This document shows positions 9,252 to 18,936 of a stretch of DNA of 64,000 nt, in pieces. The notes beneath the pieces are model-generated. The model searched no databases and was not told the origin of the DNA. It saw only the letters and a program-made list of their open reading frames with translations. Every line of letters starts with the position of its first letter. The stretch's first letter is position 1. This DNA comes from a bacterium (lineage in GTDB: Bacteria > Patescibacteriota > Minisyncoccia > UBA6257 > UBA9933), in contig JAJYHZ010000001.1 in NCBI GenBank assembly GCA_021796335.1, positions 80,360 to 144,359 on the forward strand, given 5' to 3'. The position numbers and the translations under genes were made by a program.

Positions 9252-10364
9252 ATGAGAATATTAGCAATCGAAACAAGCTGCGATGAAACAGCAATTGCGT
9301 TGGTTGAAGCAAAAGGCGGCATTAATCCGCCAACCGGCAGACCGCAATTTAAAATTTTGAAAAACTTGGTCGCTTCCCAGATAAAAATCCACCGGCCGTT
9401 TGGCGGCGTTGTTCCCACTATTGCAAAGCGCGAACATCTTAAAAATTTGCCGATTTTATTGAAGAAGCTGACAACTAAAAGCCAACAGCCAAAAATTGAT
9501 TTATTAGCAGTTACGGTTGGTCCCGGTCTTGAACCTGCTCTGTGGACCGGAATTAATTTCGCCGAAGATTTGCATAAACAGTTTAAAGCCATAAGCCGCA
9601 AGCCGTCAGCCATTCTCGGGGTCAGTCATCTTGACGGTCACCTCTACAGCTTTTTGTTGCAACAAAAAGCTGCAATTTCCAATTATTTCCCGGCCATTGC
9701 ATTAATTGTTTCCGGCGGACACACAACACTTATCAAAATGGATTCGCTCACAAAAATTAAATTATTGGGCGAAACTGTTGATGATGCGGCCGGTGAAGCC
9801 TTCGACAAAGTTGCGCGTTTACTGGATCTGCCTTATCCGGGTGGCCCGGAAATTGAAAAACTGGCCAAAGAGGGGAATCCTAACGCGGTTAACTTCCCCC
9901 GTCCGATGTTGAATCAGAAAAATTACAATTTTAGCTTTTCCGGCCTAAAGACGGCGGTTTTGTATTATTTGCGTGGTCATCAAAGTGAACTGAAAAATAA
10001 CAATTATGAGCTGAAAACTGATGTCGCAGCATCATTTCAGCGAGCCGCTTTTGATGTTTTGATTAAAAAGACTTTGCGTGCCGCCCGGGAATATAAAGCA
10101 AAATCTATTTTCATTTCCGGAGGAGTGGCGGCTAATAAAGCCTTGGCAAAAGAATTTAAAAAAGAAATTCGTGATATGCGACAAGTAGCGCGCAATAAGA
10201 ATCATGTAAAAAATAAATCTCATATCTCGTGGCCCATAATTCCCATATTGCTTATTACTAAATACCCGACCGACAATGCAGCCATGATCGCCGCCGCCGC
10301 TTATATCAATTACCTGCGCAAAAAGAAATATCCGCTAAAAGCCAACGGAAATCTTAATATTTAA
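9252..10364 (+). CDS. tsaD: tRNA threonylcarbamoyladenosine biosynthesis protein TsaD
   Basis: ILAIETSCDET, HLDGH, VSGGHT, GEAFDKVAR, FSFSGLKT and DNAAMIA motifs. Confidence 0.96.
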   Translation: MRILAIETSCDETAIALVEAKGGINPPTGRPQFKILKNLVASQIKIHRPFGGVVPTIAKREHLKNLPILLKKLTTKSQQPKIDLLAVTVGPGLEPALWTGINFAEDLHKQFKAISRKPSAILGVSHLDGHLYSFLLQQKAAISNYFPAIALIVSGGHTTLIKMDSLTKIKLLGETVDDAAGEAFDKVARLLDLPYPGGPEIEKLAKEGNPNAVNFPRPMLNQKNYNFSFSGLKTAVLYYLRGHQSELKNNNYELKTDVAASFQRAAFDVLIKKTLRAAREYKAKSIFISGGVAANKALAKEFKKEIRDMRQVARNKNHVKNKSHISWPIIPILLITKYPTDNAAMIAAAAYINYLRKKKYPLKANGNLNI

Positions 10365-10574
10365 GATATGTGTATTTTTCGTTTGCCAATTGAAGAATTT
10401 AAAATTATAAATATAAATCTAAACCCACGCCTTAATATTTTAAAAATTATCTAATTTTTGCGCTTCTCCATAAAGAAGCATTATTATCCGCATTTTTTCG
10501 ATCATTTTTATCCCATCCATCCTGGGTTATCTTAGATTTGCTTTATTTAACAATTCGAAATACGCTTAATAAAA

Positions 10575-11657
10575 ATGTTTTCTCGGTTTTTCCAAAAATT
10601 TGATTGGTGGTTGAATCTATCCATTTTATTTTTATTCGCAGCGAGTTTAATTAGTCTGCTAAGCGCGCAGCCGCAGCTTTTTTGGAAGCAAATCATCTGG
10701 ATTATTTTAGGTTACGCTCTGGCATATTCGATAATCGCTTTCGATTGGCGGTCTTTTATTAATTATAAGGGCGTCATTCTGGGTATTTACGGATTATCTA
10801 ATTTTCTTTTGATTGTTACTTTGGTTGTCGCGCCTAACATTAACGGGCATCGCAGCTGGATTCCGATCGGCCCTTTTCAATTTCAGGCGTCGGTTTTTGC
10901 CGCACTTGCCCTGATAATCGTACTGGCGAATTTTTTCAAAAAAAAACACGCCAGTATCGCACGAATTTCCAGCTTAGCCCAATCTTTTGTTTATTTTCTA
11001 ATACCCGCCGGATTGATTCTATTGGAGAAAGATATGGGATCGACTTTGCTGCTATTTTTGATTTGGTTTGGATTCGTTCTGGTATCCGGAATTCCATGGA
11101 AAAAATTGCTTATTTTGTTTTTAATATTCGCGGTCGTGGGAACGGGAATGTGGTTTTATTTCCTTAAAGATTATCAAAAACAAAGAGTTATTGGCTTATT
11201 TTCCCCGAATAAGGACGTTTTGGGGATTAATTATAATGTTGCTCAAGCCAAAATCGCGATAGGGTCTGCCGGAGTTTTCGGGAAGGGATTCAGGCAAGGA
11301 ACTCAGGTCCAATTGGGATTTTTGCCCGAAGCTCAGACGGATTTTATTTTTTCCGCAATTATAGAAGAGTGGGGTCTGTTGGCCGGTTTCCTTATGATAG
11401 TCGCCCTCACCTCTATTATCGTACGAATCGTTTATATAGGTATGGAAGAAAGAAATAATTTTAATCGGTTCATTTGCCTGGGAACCGCCATTTTCTTTTG
11501 TGCCAGTTTTATTTTTAATACTGGATCGAACACCGGTCTGATGCCGGTTATCGGAGTGCCGTTTCCGTTTTTAAGCTATGGCGGATCGCACTTATTTATA
11601 GAGATGATGCTGGTTGGGATGGTTCAATCCGTTAAATATCGAAAAACATATGTTTGA
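10575..11657 (+). CDS. rodA: SEDS family rod-shape protein RodA
   Basis: multi-TM; AIGSAG..GKG, LPEAQTDFIF and PFLSYGGS motifs. Confidence 0.9.
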   Translation: MFSRFFQKFDWWLNLSILFLFAASLISLLSAQPQLFWKQIIWIILGYALAYSIIAFDWRSFINYKGVILGIYGLSNFLLIVTLVVAPNINGHRSWIPIGPFQFQASVFAALALIIVLANFFKKKHASIARISSLAQSFVYFLIPAGLILLEKDMGSTLLLFLIWFGFVLVSGIPWKKLLILFLIFAVVGTGMWFYFLKDYQKQRVIGLFSPNKDVLGINYNVAQAKIAIGSAGVFGKGFRQGTQVQLGFLPEAQTDFIFSAIIEEWGLLAGFLMIVALTSIIVRIVYIGMEERNNFNRFICLGTAIFFCASFIFNTGSNTGLMPVIGVPFPFLSYGGSHLFIEMMLVGMVQSVKYRKTYV

Positions 11658-12639
11658 TCTTTCAAAGAAAAAGGCGGTTGTCGTTATACTATCGGGGATA
11701 GTTTTGGCCGGCCTAATTTATTTTATCTACGAATTAAGGCCGGTTTACGGGATTTCAAAAACGGAATTTAAAATAGCCCAAGGCATGGGCATCCGGGAAA
11801 TTGCTGCCAATCTTTATTCACAGAATTTGATTCACTCAAAAACGGCGTTTGAAATTTACGGCATCTTAACGGCCAAAAGCCGGTCTCTCAAACCAGGCGA
11901 ATATATTCTAAACGGGTCGATATCGGCTTCCGATTTGATTAAAATTTTTTCCGGCGGTCCCGAAGAAATCTCTGTAATCATTAGACCGGGAATGACCTTA
12001 AAGGAAATCGATAATTTACTCTATTCTGACGGAATTATTCCTGAAAACGGACTGGAAAATTATAATCTAACAAATCTGAAAACCGAGTTTTCGTTCCTGG
12101 AAAATAATAATTTAGAAGGATTTTTGTTTCCGGATACATATAAATTTTTTCCGGCTTCCGATCCGGGCGATATTTTAAAAAAGCTTCTCAAAAATTTTCA
12201 GCAAAAAGCTTATCCGGATTTATCGCAATCAAAAAATCCTTATCAAACTTTGATTTTGGCTTCAATTTTGGAAAAGGAAATTATTGACCCGAATGAACAA
12301 AAAATAGCTGCCGGAATTCTTGAAAAAAGACTGAAAATAAATATGCCACTTCAGGTTGATTCGTCCGTTATTTACGCCGTTTGTCGGGGGAAATATTCGA
12401 ATTGTCCGCCTCTTTCCTCGTCCGACTATCAAACTAATTCGCCTTTTAACACTTATAAATTTAAAGGATTGCCGCCGGCGCCGATTTCCAATCCTGGCCT
12501 TCAGGCCATAATCGCCGCCGCCAATCCGCAAAAATCCGATTATCTGTATTATCTTTCCGATCCCAAAACTAAAAAAACAATTTTCAGCCGCACCCTTGAA
12601 GAACAAAACAAAAACCGCGTGAATTACTTAAATTTGTAA
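11650..12639 (+). CDS. mltG: endolytic transglycosylase MltG
   Basis: EGFLFPDTY, ASILEKE and NTYKFKGLPPAPISNPG motifs. Confidence 0.93.
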   Translation: MFDLSKKKAVVVILSGIVLAGLIYFIYELRPVYGISKTEFKIAQGMGIREIAANLYSQNLIHSKTAFEIYGILTAKSRSLKPGEYILNGSISASDLIKIFSGGPEEISVIIRPGMTLKEIDNLLYSDGIIPENGLENYNLTNLKTEFSFLENNNLEGFLFPDTYKFFPASDPGDILKKLLKNFQQKAYPDLSQSKNPYQTLILASILEKEIIDPNEQKIAAGILEKRLKINMPLQVDSSVIYAVCRGKYSNCPPLSSSDYQTNSPFNTYKFKGLPPAPISNPGLQAIIAAANPQKSDYLYYLSDPKTKKTIFSRTLEEQNKNRVNYLNL

Positions 12640-12668
12640 ATTTTTTGCCACTTTAATAAAATATAAAA

Positions 12669-13034
12669 ATGATCAAACGACTTCATTCAAATCTATTTTT
12701 GGTAAGTAATTTGAAAAACACGGCTGAATTCTATGAGAAATTGGGATTTTCTATTCAAAAAACATCAGATGCTGTCCGTATTAAAATAGGCGATTTTACC
12801 TTGGCTTTTATGGATGAAAAACAAGCCACAATCACAAACGAATCAGGTGCGAGTTTAAAAGGCTTGGGAATTTATACATATATTGAAGTTGATGATGCGG
12901 ATAAATACTATGAATTTACTAAAAATAAGAATATTCATTCCACTGAACCGAAAACTTGGCCTTGGGGAAAACGAGAATTTGTAATCAAAGACCCTGATGG
13001 ATATAAATTGGTTTTCTATTCGTCCATAAAATAA
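12669..13034 (+). CDS. VOC/glyoxalase family protein
   Basis: FYEKLGF and PWGKREF.IKDPDGY motifs. Confidence 0.9.
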   Translation: MIKRLHSNLFLVSNLKNTAEFYEKLGFSIQKTSDAVRIKIGDFTLAFMDEKQATITNESGASLKGLGIYTYIEVDDADKYYEFTKNKNIHSTEPKTWPWGKREFVIKDPDGYKLVFYSSIK

Positions 13035-13108
13035 AACGATCGTTATATTGGTTGTAGGCTGTTGTGGCTCGTGATATTATTATTAAAATAATTAAGAGGA
13101 GGTAAAAT

Positions 13109-13591
13109 ATGAAATGAGAGATGTAACACTTTGTTTAATATATGATTTAGATAAAGAAGAAATTAATTCTTGCCATGAAAAAACGCGGTTTTGGTGCCGG
13201 TTGGTATAATGGTTATGGTGGAAAACCTGAGCCGGGCGAAACCATAATTCAGACCGCAATTCGTGAATTTAATCAGGAAAGTGGGTCTTTAACTTGGCCA
13301 GATGCTTTGGAAAAAATTGCGGAAATAAAATTTACTTTCATTGACAATCCCGACTGGGATCAGTGCGTGCACGTTTATAAAGTTCTTTGCCACGAAGGTG
13401 AACCGGAGGAAACAGAAGAAATGACATCGGAAAAATTTAAATTTTCCGAAATCCCTTGGGATAGAATGTGGCCGGCGGATCGTCACTGGATTCCCATGGT
13501 GCTCAAAGGTTAAAAGGTTAAAGGTTGGGTGCATTTTAAAGGAAAGGGAGAATTGGAATCATATCACTTTGATCCTATTGAGAATTTTTAA
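13109..13591 (+). pseudogene. NUDIX hydrolase (8-oxo-dGTPase-like) pseudogene
   Basis: NUDIX box GGKPEPGETIIQTAIREFNQESG; N-terminal part out of frame; in-frame TAA at 13511 followed by a plausible continuation. Confidence 0.75.
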
Positions 13592-13705
13592 TGCGACTAA
13601 GCGAGGAGTAAAATGCAAAAAAATTTTATTTTTTCATTTTGGATGAGCAATGCCGGATAAAGAGTTTCTTTGACTCTTTAAGGAGCCGATTTCCCGACCC
13701 TTTTT

Positions 13706-13743
13706 TAATCGTATATCTTGACGATCGTCAAGATATACGATTA
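13706..13743. repeat. perfect 38-bp palindrome, copy 1
   Basis: taatcgtatatcttgacgatcgtcaagatatacgatta; identical copy at 50641. Confidence 0.95.
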
Positions 13744-13799
13744 TTCCGAATAGTGTAATGTTTTGTTGAAAATAAAAAAATGATTTATAATTCATCACA

Positions 13800-15323
13800 A
13801 TGATCACGATCCAAAACCTTTTCGATCCGTCTAATTACTTTTTTAATATTTATGCGGTTTTCAGTTTTGTAACTGCATTGGTAGTTATTTCTTTTGGATT
13901 CTGGATTCTTTATCATAACCCTAAAGGGGAAAAAAATAGAGCATTTTTTGGGGTGACTTTTTTTCCTTTTATTTGGCAGATTTTTGAAGCTATAACTTAT
14001 TCATCCAGGAATCCCGACATTGCCTTTTTTTGGTATAAAAATTTTGCTTATACCGGCGTATTTTACATTTCTGCGGCGGTTTTCTTTTTCAGCACGGTTT
14101 GGTCGGAAAAAATATATCGAAAATCAAAAAAAATAGTCTATTTTTTTTATGGCTTTTTAACAGTGCTTGCGCTTATTAATATTTTTGACGAACATTCGGT
14201 CTTCTCCGGAGTAAGATGGCATTTTTACGGATATTATGTCGTATTTACGCCTTTGGGTATTGTATTTTTGGGGTTATGGTTTATTCCTTTAATTTGGGCT
14301 TTTTATAATTTATACGAGTCATTCAAAGAAGCCGAATCTTCTCTTGTCAAAAATCAAATCAAATTGTTAAACATAGGCCTTTTAATAGCCTATCTTGGAG
14401 TAGTTGATTATCTTCCCGCTATTATACATCAAGAGATATATACGGGAGTCGGTTATACAACAATTATTATTTTGGTATTTATGTGGGGGTACACCATTAT
14501 CCACTATCGGGTTATGGAGATAGAAACAGTAATCCATAAAACCATTTTATGGATAATAAGTTCCGTTGTCATAGTCATCCCTTTATTTTTTATAATATAC
14601 TTTTCTTTCGGTTACTTGAAAAATCTTACTGCCGGAATCGTTGCGTTAATAAGCTTGGTATTGTTTTATGTTTTTAGATGGTATAACGACACTCTTCAGC
14701 CCCGCATTAACCATTTCTTCAGAAGAAGATCATATGATTATTATGAAAATCTTGTCAGTGTGATAGAAGAAATCTCCACAAGTTTGGATTTGGAAGAAGT
14801 TCTCTATAATCTGTCAGATAGTATTTTTAAGGCTTTTTATCCCCAGTATTCCAATATTTATCTTAATACGGAAAACGGTTTCGTTTCGCATTCTGGCAAT
14901 CTTGAAAACGTAATTATTCCATATGGTACTTCCTTGTATAATTTTTTCGACGAAAGCAAAAAAGCTGTCGATATAAACGAGCTAGAAAGTCTCTCTAATC
15001 CAAATTTGAAACAAGAAATTCTGACCCTTGCAAAAAATAATAACATAGTTCTTTTTATTCCCTTTGTCCTGAAAGGAAAAGTCATCGGCCTTTTGGCTTT
15101 GGGCAAAAAATCTAATTTGAATCCATATACCATGAAAGATATGGAATTGCTCGAACAGCTGGGGATTCAGGCAAGTATTCCTCTCTATAACGCCGTTCAT
15201 CATGAAGAATTGGATAAAGCGGTTATGCTTCGGGAACAAAAACTGAAGGAACAGCTGAGAACTATTTTGGCCGACAAATCCCGGCCCCTTGACGATAAAC
15301 TAGATGAGTTTGATAGATTATAA
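13800..15323 (+). CDS. multi-TM sensor-like protein with C-terminal GAF domain
   Basis: ~9 TM helices followed by GAF-like IPF..GKVIGLLALG.K....Y...D.ELL; no kinase domain. Confidence 0.7.
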   Translation: MITIQNLFDPSNYFFNIYAVFSFVTALVVISFGFWILYHNPKGEKNRAFFGVTFFPFIWQIFEAITYSSRNPDIAFFWYKNFAYTGVFYISAAVFFFSTVWSEKIYRKSKKIVYFFYGFLTVLALINIFDEHSVFSGVRWHFYGYYVVFTPLGIVFLGLWFIPLIWAFYNLYESFKEAESSLVKNQIKLLNIGLLIAYLGVVDYLPAIIHQEIYTGVGYTTIIILVFMWGYTIIHYRVMEIETVIHKTILWIISSVVIVIPLFFIIYFSFGYLKNLTAGIVALISLVLFYVFRWYNDTLQPRINHFFRRRSYDYYENLVSVIEEISTSLDLEEVLYNLSDSIFKAFYPQYSNIYLNTENGFVSHSGNLENVIIPYGTSLYNFFDESKKAVDINELESLSNPNLKQEILTLAKNNNIVLFIPFVLKGKVIGLLALGKKSNLNPYTMKDMELLEQLGIQASIPLYNAVHHEELDKAVMLREQKLKEQLRTILADKSRPLDDKLDEFDRL

Positions 15324-15671
15324 ATTCAATCGCCCGAATCACTCGAAATTTTATATAAATTCAATCAAATTTCCGAAGGTTATCCACAAAACCTCTTGAC
15401 AATAATTTTAGGGGCGCTATTATTAAAAAATAACAAATGGAATAATCCAGCCAATAAAAAGCCGTAAAAAACTCGGAAGAGTTGTTTTTTTCTCGTCTAA
15501 ATCCACTCGCAAATAATTTTTCATTCCATTTTAAATAATTATTAAGTTACGCGGCCGCAAACTTTAAGTCGATTTTAAAACTAAATTAATAAACTTTATT
15601 GGTGTTGGTTAGCATACGCTACTCTTAGTCCTCTGACGACTAAAGACTAACGACTAATTAACTATTTCGTC

Positions 15672-18600
15672 ATGAATAAAAAATTGCCAGTCAAAGTGTT
15701 TTCATCTCATCCCGGAGCTTTTATTCAGCAGCCGTTTTTGGCAAAAATTCAGCAAGACTCATGGGATTGGTTTGTTAAAAAAGGCCTTCGGGAACTGTTT
15801 GATGAGATTTCTCCTATCAAGGATTATACCGGTAATGAAATTGAACTTTACTTTTCGGATTATTATTTTGATGAGCCTCGCTATGACGAAGAAACTTCAA
15901 GGTTAAAGGGTTTGACGTATGAAGCGCCTTTACGCGTAAAGGTAAAACTGGTTAACCATAAAAGCGGCGAAACAAAAGAACAGGAAGTCTACTTGGGCGA
16001 TTTCCCGATTATGACCAGCCGTTACACGTTTATTTTAAACGGCGTGGAAAGGGTAATGGTTTCCCAGCTTATCCGATCAAGCGGCGTTTACTTCACGTCC
16101 AATATTTCCCGTGGCCGGCAATATTTCGGTGCTAAAATTATTCCGAATCGCGGAAGCTGGCTTGAATTCGAAACCGAACAAGATGGCAATATCATCGTAA
16201 AAATCGACCGCCACAGGAAAACCCCGGTCACCGATCTTTTAAGAATTTTTAAAAAAGACGGTCATGCGCTTGATACGAATGAAAAAATTTTAAAAGAATT
16301 CACTTCTATTGATAATGGACAAATAAAATTTATCGAAGCCACCTTAAAGAAAGACTCCGCCAAGACTCCTTTGGAGTCGTATTTGGAAATTTATAAAAGA
16401 TTACGGCCCGGCGATTTAGCAACGCCTGAAAACGCCCAGAGTTTGATTGACTCCATGTTCAAAAGAGCCGATCGCTACAGCTTATCTCGCGTCGGACGGT
16501 TTAAAATAAATCAAAGGCTTGATTTGGAAAAAAAGAAGGAGCCGACTCTGTTGGATTTGGAAGATCTAATCGCGATAGTCAGAGAAATTATCCGTTTGAA
16601 CAATACGCCAAACGCCATGCCGGATGACATTGATCATTTGGGAAATCGCCGCATTCGCGCGGTCGGAGAACTGCTGCAAAGTAGGCTTTACGTTGGCTTC
16701 GCCCGAATGAGAAGGAATATTCAAGATAAAATCTCGACAACAGAATCGGAAATTTTGTCTCCGATGCAGCTAATCAACGGACGCCCGCTGGTTGCGATTA
16801 TGAGGGAATTTTTAAGCTCGTCTCAACTTTCCCAATTTATGGATCAAACCAACCCATTGGCTGAAACCGAACATAAAAGAAGGTTATCGCTTCTTGGGCC
16901 GGGCGGACTTACCCGTGAACATGCTGGTTTTGAAGTTCGCGATGTTCATCCTTCCCATTACGGAAGAATTTGTCCCGTAGAAACTCCGGAGGGGCAGGGA
17001 ATTGGCTTGGTTAATCACTTGTCGAATTACGCGCGGATTAACGAGCTTGGGTTCATGGAAACTCCGTATGCCCGGGTTAATAAAGGAAAAGTCGATTCCA
17101 AAGATGTCATTTGGATGAACGCCATTGAAGAAGAAAAATATAAAATCGCGCACGGCGGGTTAAGACTTGATGACCAACTGCATATTGTTGATAAAATTGT
17201 CGAAGCGCGCGTCAAAGGAGAACCAAGGACGATTTCGAAAGACGAAGTTGAATTTATCGATATTGCCCATAATCAGTTGGTTAGCACCGCCACTTCGCTT
17301 ATTCCGTTCTTGGAGCACGATGCCGTTAACCGCGCTCTTATGGGATCAAACATGCAAAGGCAGGCCGTTCCAACTCTTAAACCGCAAGTTCCTTTGGTTG
17401 GAACCGGCATTGAAGAAAAAATCGCTCAAGATTCCTTGCGTGTCGTAATCGCAGCCGGCGACGGCGAAATTGCCGAAGCCGATGCCAATCATATTGTATT
17501 TAAATCGAAGAGCGGCGAAACAAAAGAGCACAATCTTTATAAATTCCAAAGATCGAATCAATACTCCTGTATTTCACAAAAAATTCTGGTTAAAAAGGGA
17601 GATAAGATTAAAAAAGGAGACATTTTAGTCGATGGCCCTTCCACCGATAACGGCGCTTTGGCTCTTGGTCAAAACTTGCTTGTCGCTTTTATGTCCTGGG
17701 AAGGAGGAAATTTCGAAGATGCCATTATCCTTTCCGAAAGAGTCGTTAGAAACGACATTTTCTCGTCCATTCATATAAAGGATTTTTATGCGGATGTTCG
17801 CGATACCAAACTTGGACCCGAAATGACCACTAATGATATTCCCAATGTTTCCGAAGAAAAATTAAGAAATCTTGATGAAGAAGGCATTATTCGCGTCGGC
17901 GCCGAGGTAAAAGCGGGCGATATTCTGGTTGGTAAAGTTTCTCCAAAGGGCGAGACTGAACTGACTGCCGAAGAAAAATTGCTTCGCGCGATTTTCGAAG
18001 AAAAAGCCCGCGACGTTAAAGATACTTCGCTTGTTTTGCCGCACGGTGAAGAGGGCAGAATCATCGGAGTAAAAATATTCTCGCGCGACCACGGCGATAA
18101 ACTTGAACCTGGCGTTATTAAAAGAATTCAGATCGAAGTCGCCCAGATTAAAAAAGTTCAGGCCGGCGACAAATTAGCCGGACGGCACGGAAATAAAGGT
18201 GTTATTTCCCAGATTAGGCCGGTTGAGGATATGCCGTTTCTTGAAGACGGAACTCCGGTTGATATAATTCTTAATCCGCTGGGTGTAACATCCCGTATTA
18301 ATCTGGGACAGATTTTGGAAACTCACTTAGGACTGGCCGCCCGCAAACTCGGTTATCGTGCGGTTACTCCGGTTTTCGTCGGGGCCACCGAAGAAACAAT
18401 TAAAGAAGAATTAAAAAAAGCCGGTTATCCGGAAAACGGAAAACTTGATCTTTACGACGGCCGAACCGGCATGAAATTTCCTCAACCAATTACGGTTGGA
18501 ATCATTTACATGATGAAACTTGTTCACTTGGTTGAAGATAAAATCCATATGCGCGCAACCGGACCATACTCCTTGATTACCCAGCAGCCGCTGGGCGGTA

Positions 18601-18914
18601 AGGCGCAATTCGGAGGGCAGAGATTCGGAGAAATGGAAGTATGGGCTCTTGAAGGTTATGGCGCGGCTTATACTTTGCAGGAAATGCTGACTATCAAATC
18701 CGATGACGTTTTCGGCCGCGCTGCGACATTTGAAGATATTATCCGCGGCGAAAAAATAAAAAATCCGAATATCCCGTCTGCCTTCAATGTTTTAGTTAAT
18801 GAAATTAAAGCCATGGCGCTTGATGTTGAGGTCAACCAAAAGGAAGAGCCCAGAGAAAAACCGGCAGAAAAAATTAAAAGGGACGAAGTAGAAGAAATAA
18901 AAACTAATCGCTAA
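15672..18914 (+). CDS. rpoB: RNA polymerase beta subunit
   Basis: GDKLAGRHGNKG, GGQRFGEMEVWALE and other conserved blocks. Confidence 0.99.
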   Translation: MNKKLPVKVFSSHPGAFIQQPFLAKIQQDSWDWFVKKGLRELFDEISPIKDYTGNEIELYFSDYYFDEPRYDEETSRLKGLTYEAPLRVKVKLVNHKSGETKEQEVYLGDFPIMTSRYTFILNGVERVMVSQLIRSSGVYFTSNISRGRQYFGAKIIPNRGSWLEFETEQDGNIIVKIDRHRKTPVTDLLRIFKKDGHALDTNEKILKEFTSIDNGQIKFIEATLKKDSAKTPLESYLEIYKRLRPGDLATPENAQSLIDSMFKRADRYSLSRVGRFKINQRLDLEKKKEPTLLDLEDLIAIVREIIRLNNTPNAMPDDIDHLGNRRIRAVGELLQSRLYVGFARMRRNIQDKISTTESEILSPMQLINGRPLVAIMREFLSSSQLSQFMDQTNPLAETEHKRRLSLLGPGGLTREHAGFEVRDVHPSHYGRICPVETPEGQGIGLVNHLSNYARINELGFMETPYARVNKGKVDSKDVIWMNAIEEEKYKIAHGGLRLDDQLHIVDKIVEARVKGEPRTISKDEVEFIDIAHNQLVSTATSLIPFLEHDAVNRALMGSNMQRQAVPTLKPQVPLVGTGIEEKIAQDSLRVVIAAGDGEIAEADANHIVFKSKSGETKEHNLYKFQRSNQYSCISQKILVKKGDKIKKGDILVDGPSTDNGALALGQNLLVAFMSWEGGNFEDAIILSERVVRNDIFSSIHIKDFYADVRDTKLGPEMTTNDIPNVSEEKLRNLDEEGIIRVGAEVKAGDILVGKVSPKGETELTAEEKLLRAIFEEKARDVKDTSLVLPHGEEGRIIGVKIFSRDHGDKLEPGVIKRIQIEVAQIKKVQAGDKLAGRHGNKGVISQIRPVEDMPFLEDGTPVDIILNPLGVTSRINLGQILETHLGLAARKLGYRAVTPVFVGATEETIKEELKKAGYPENGKLDLYDGRTGMKFPQPITVGIIYMMKLVHLVEDKIHMRATGPYSLITQQPLGGKAQFGGQRFGEMEVWALEGYGAAYTLQEMLTIKSDDVFGRAATFEDIIRGEKIKNPNIPSAFNVLVNEIKAMALDVEVNQKEEPREKPAEKIKRDEVEEIKTNR

Positions 18915-18936
18915 TCGCTAATTGCTAAATTATTGT

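Noticed and set aside
15380-15388. DnaA-box-like TTATCCACA (also at ~2630 and ~27043)
   Set aside because: Isolated boxes with no cluster or dnaA gene, so no support for oriC
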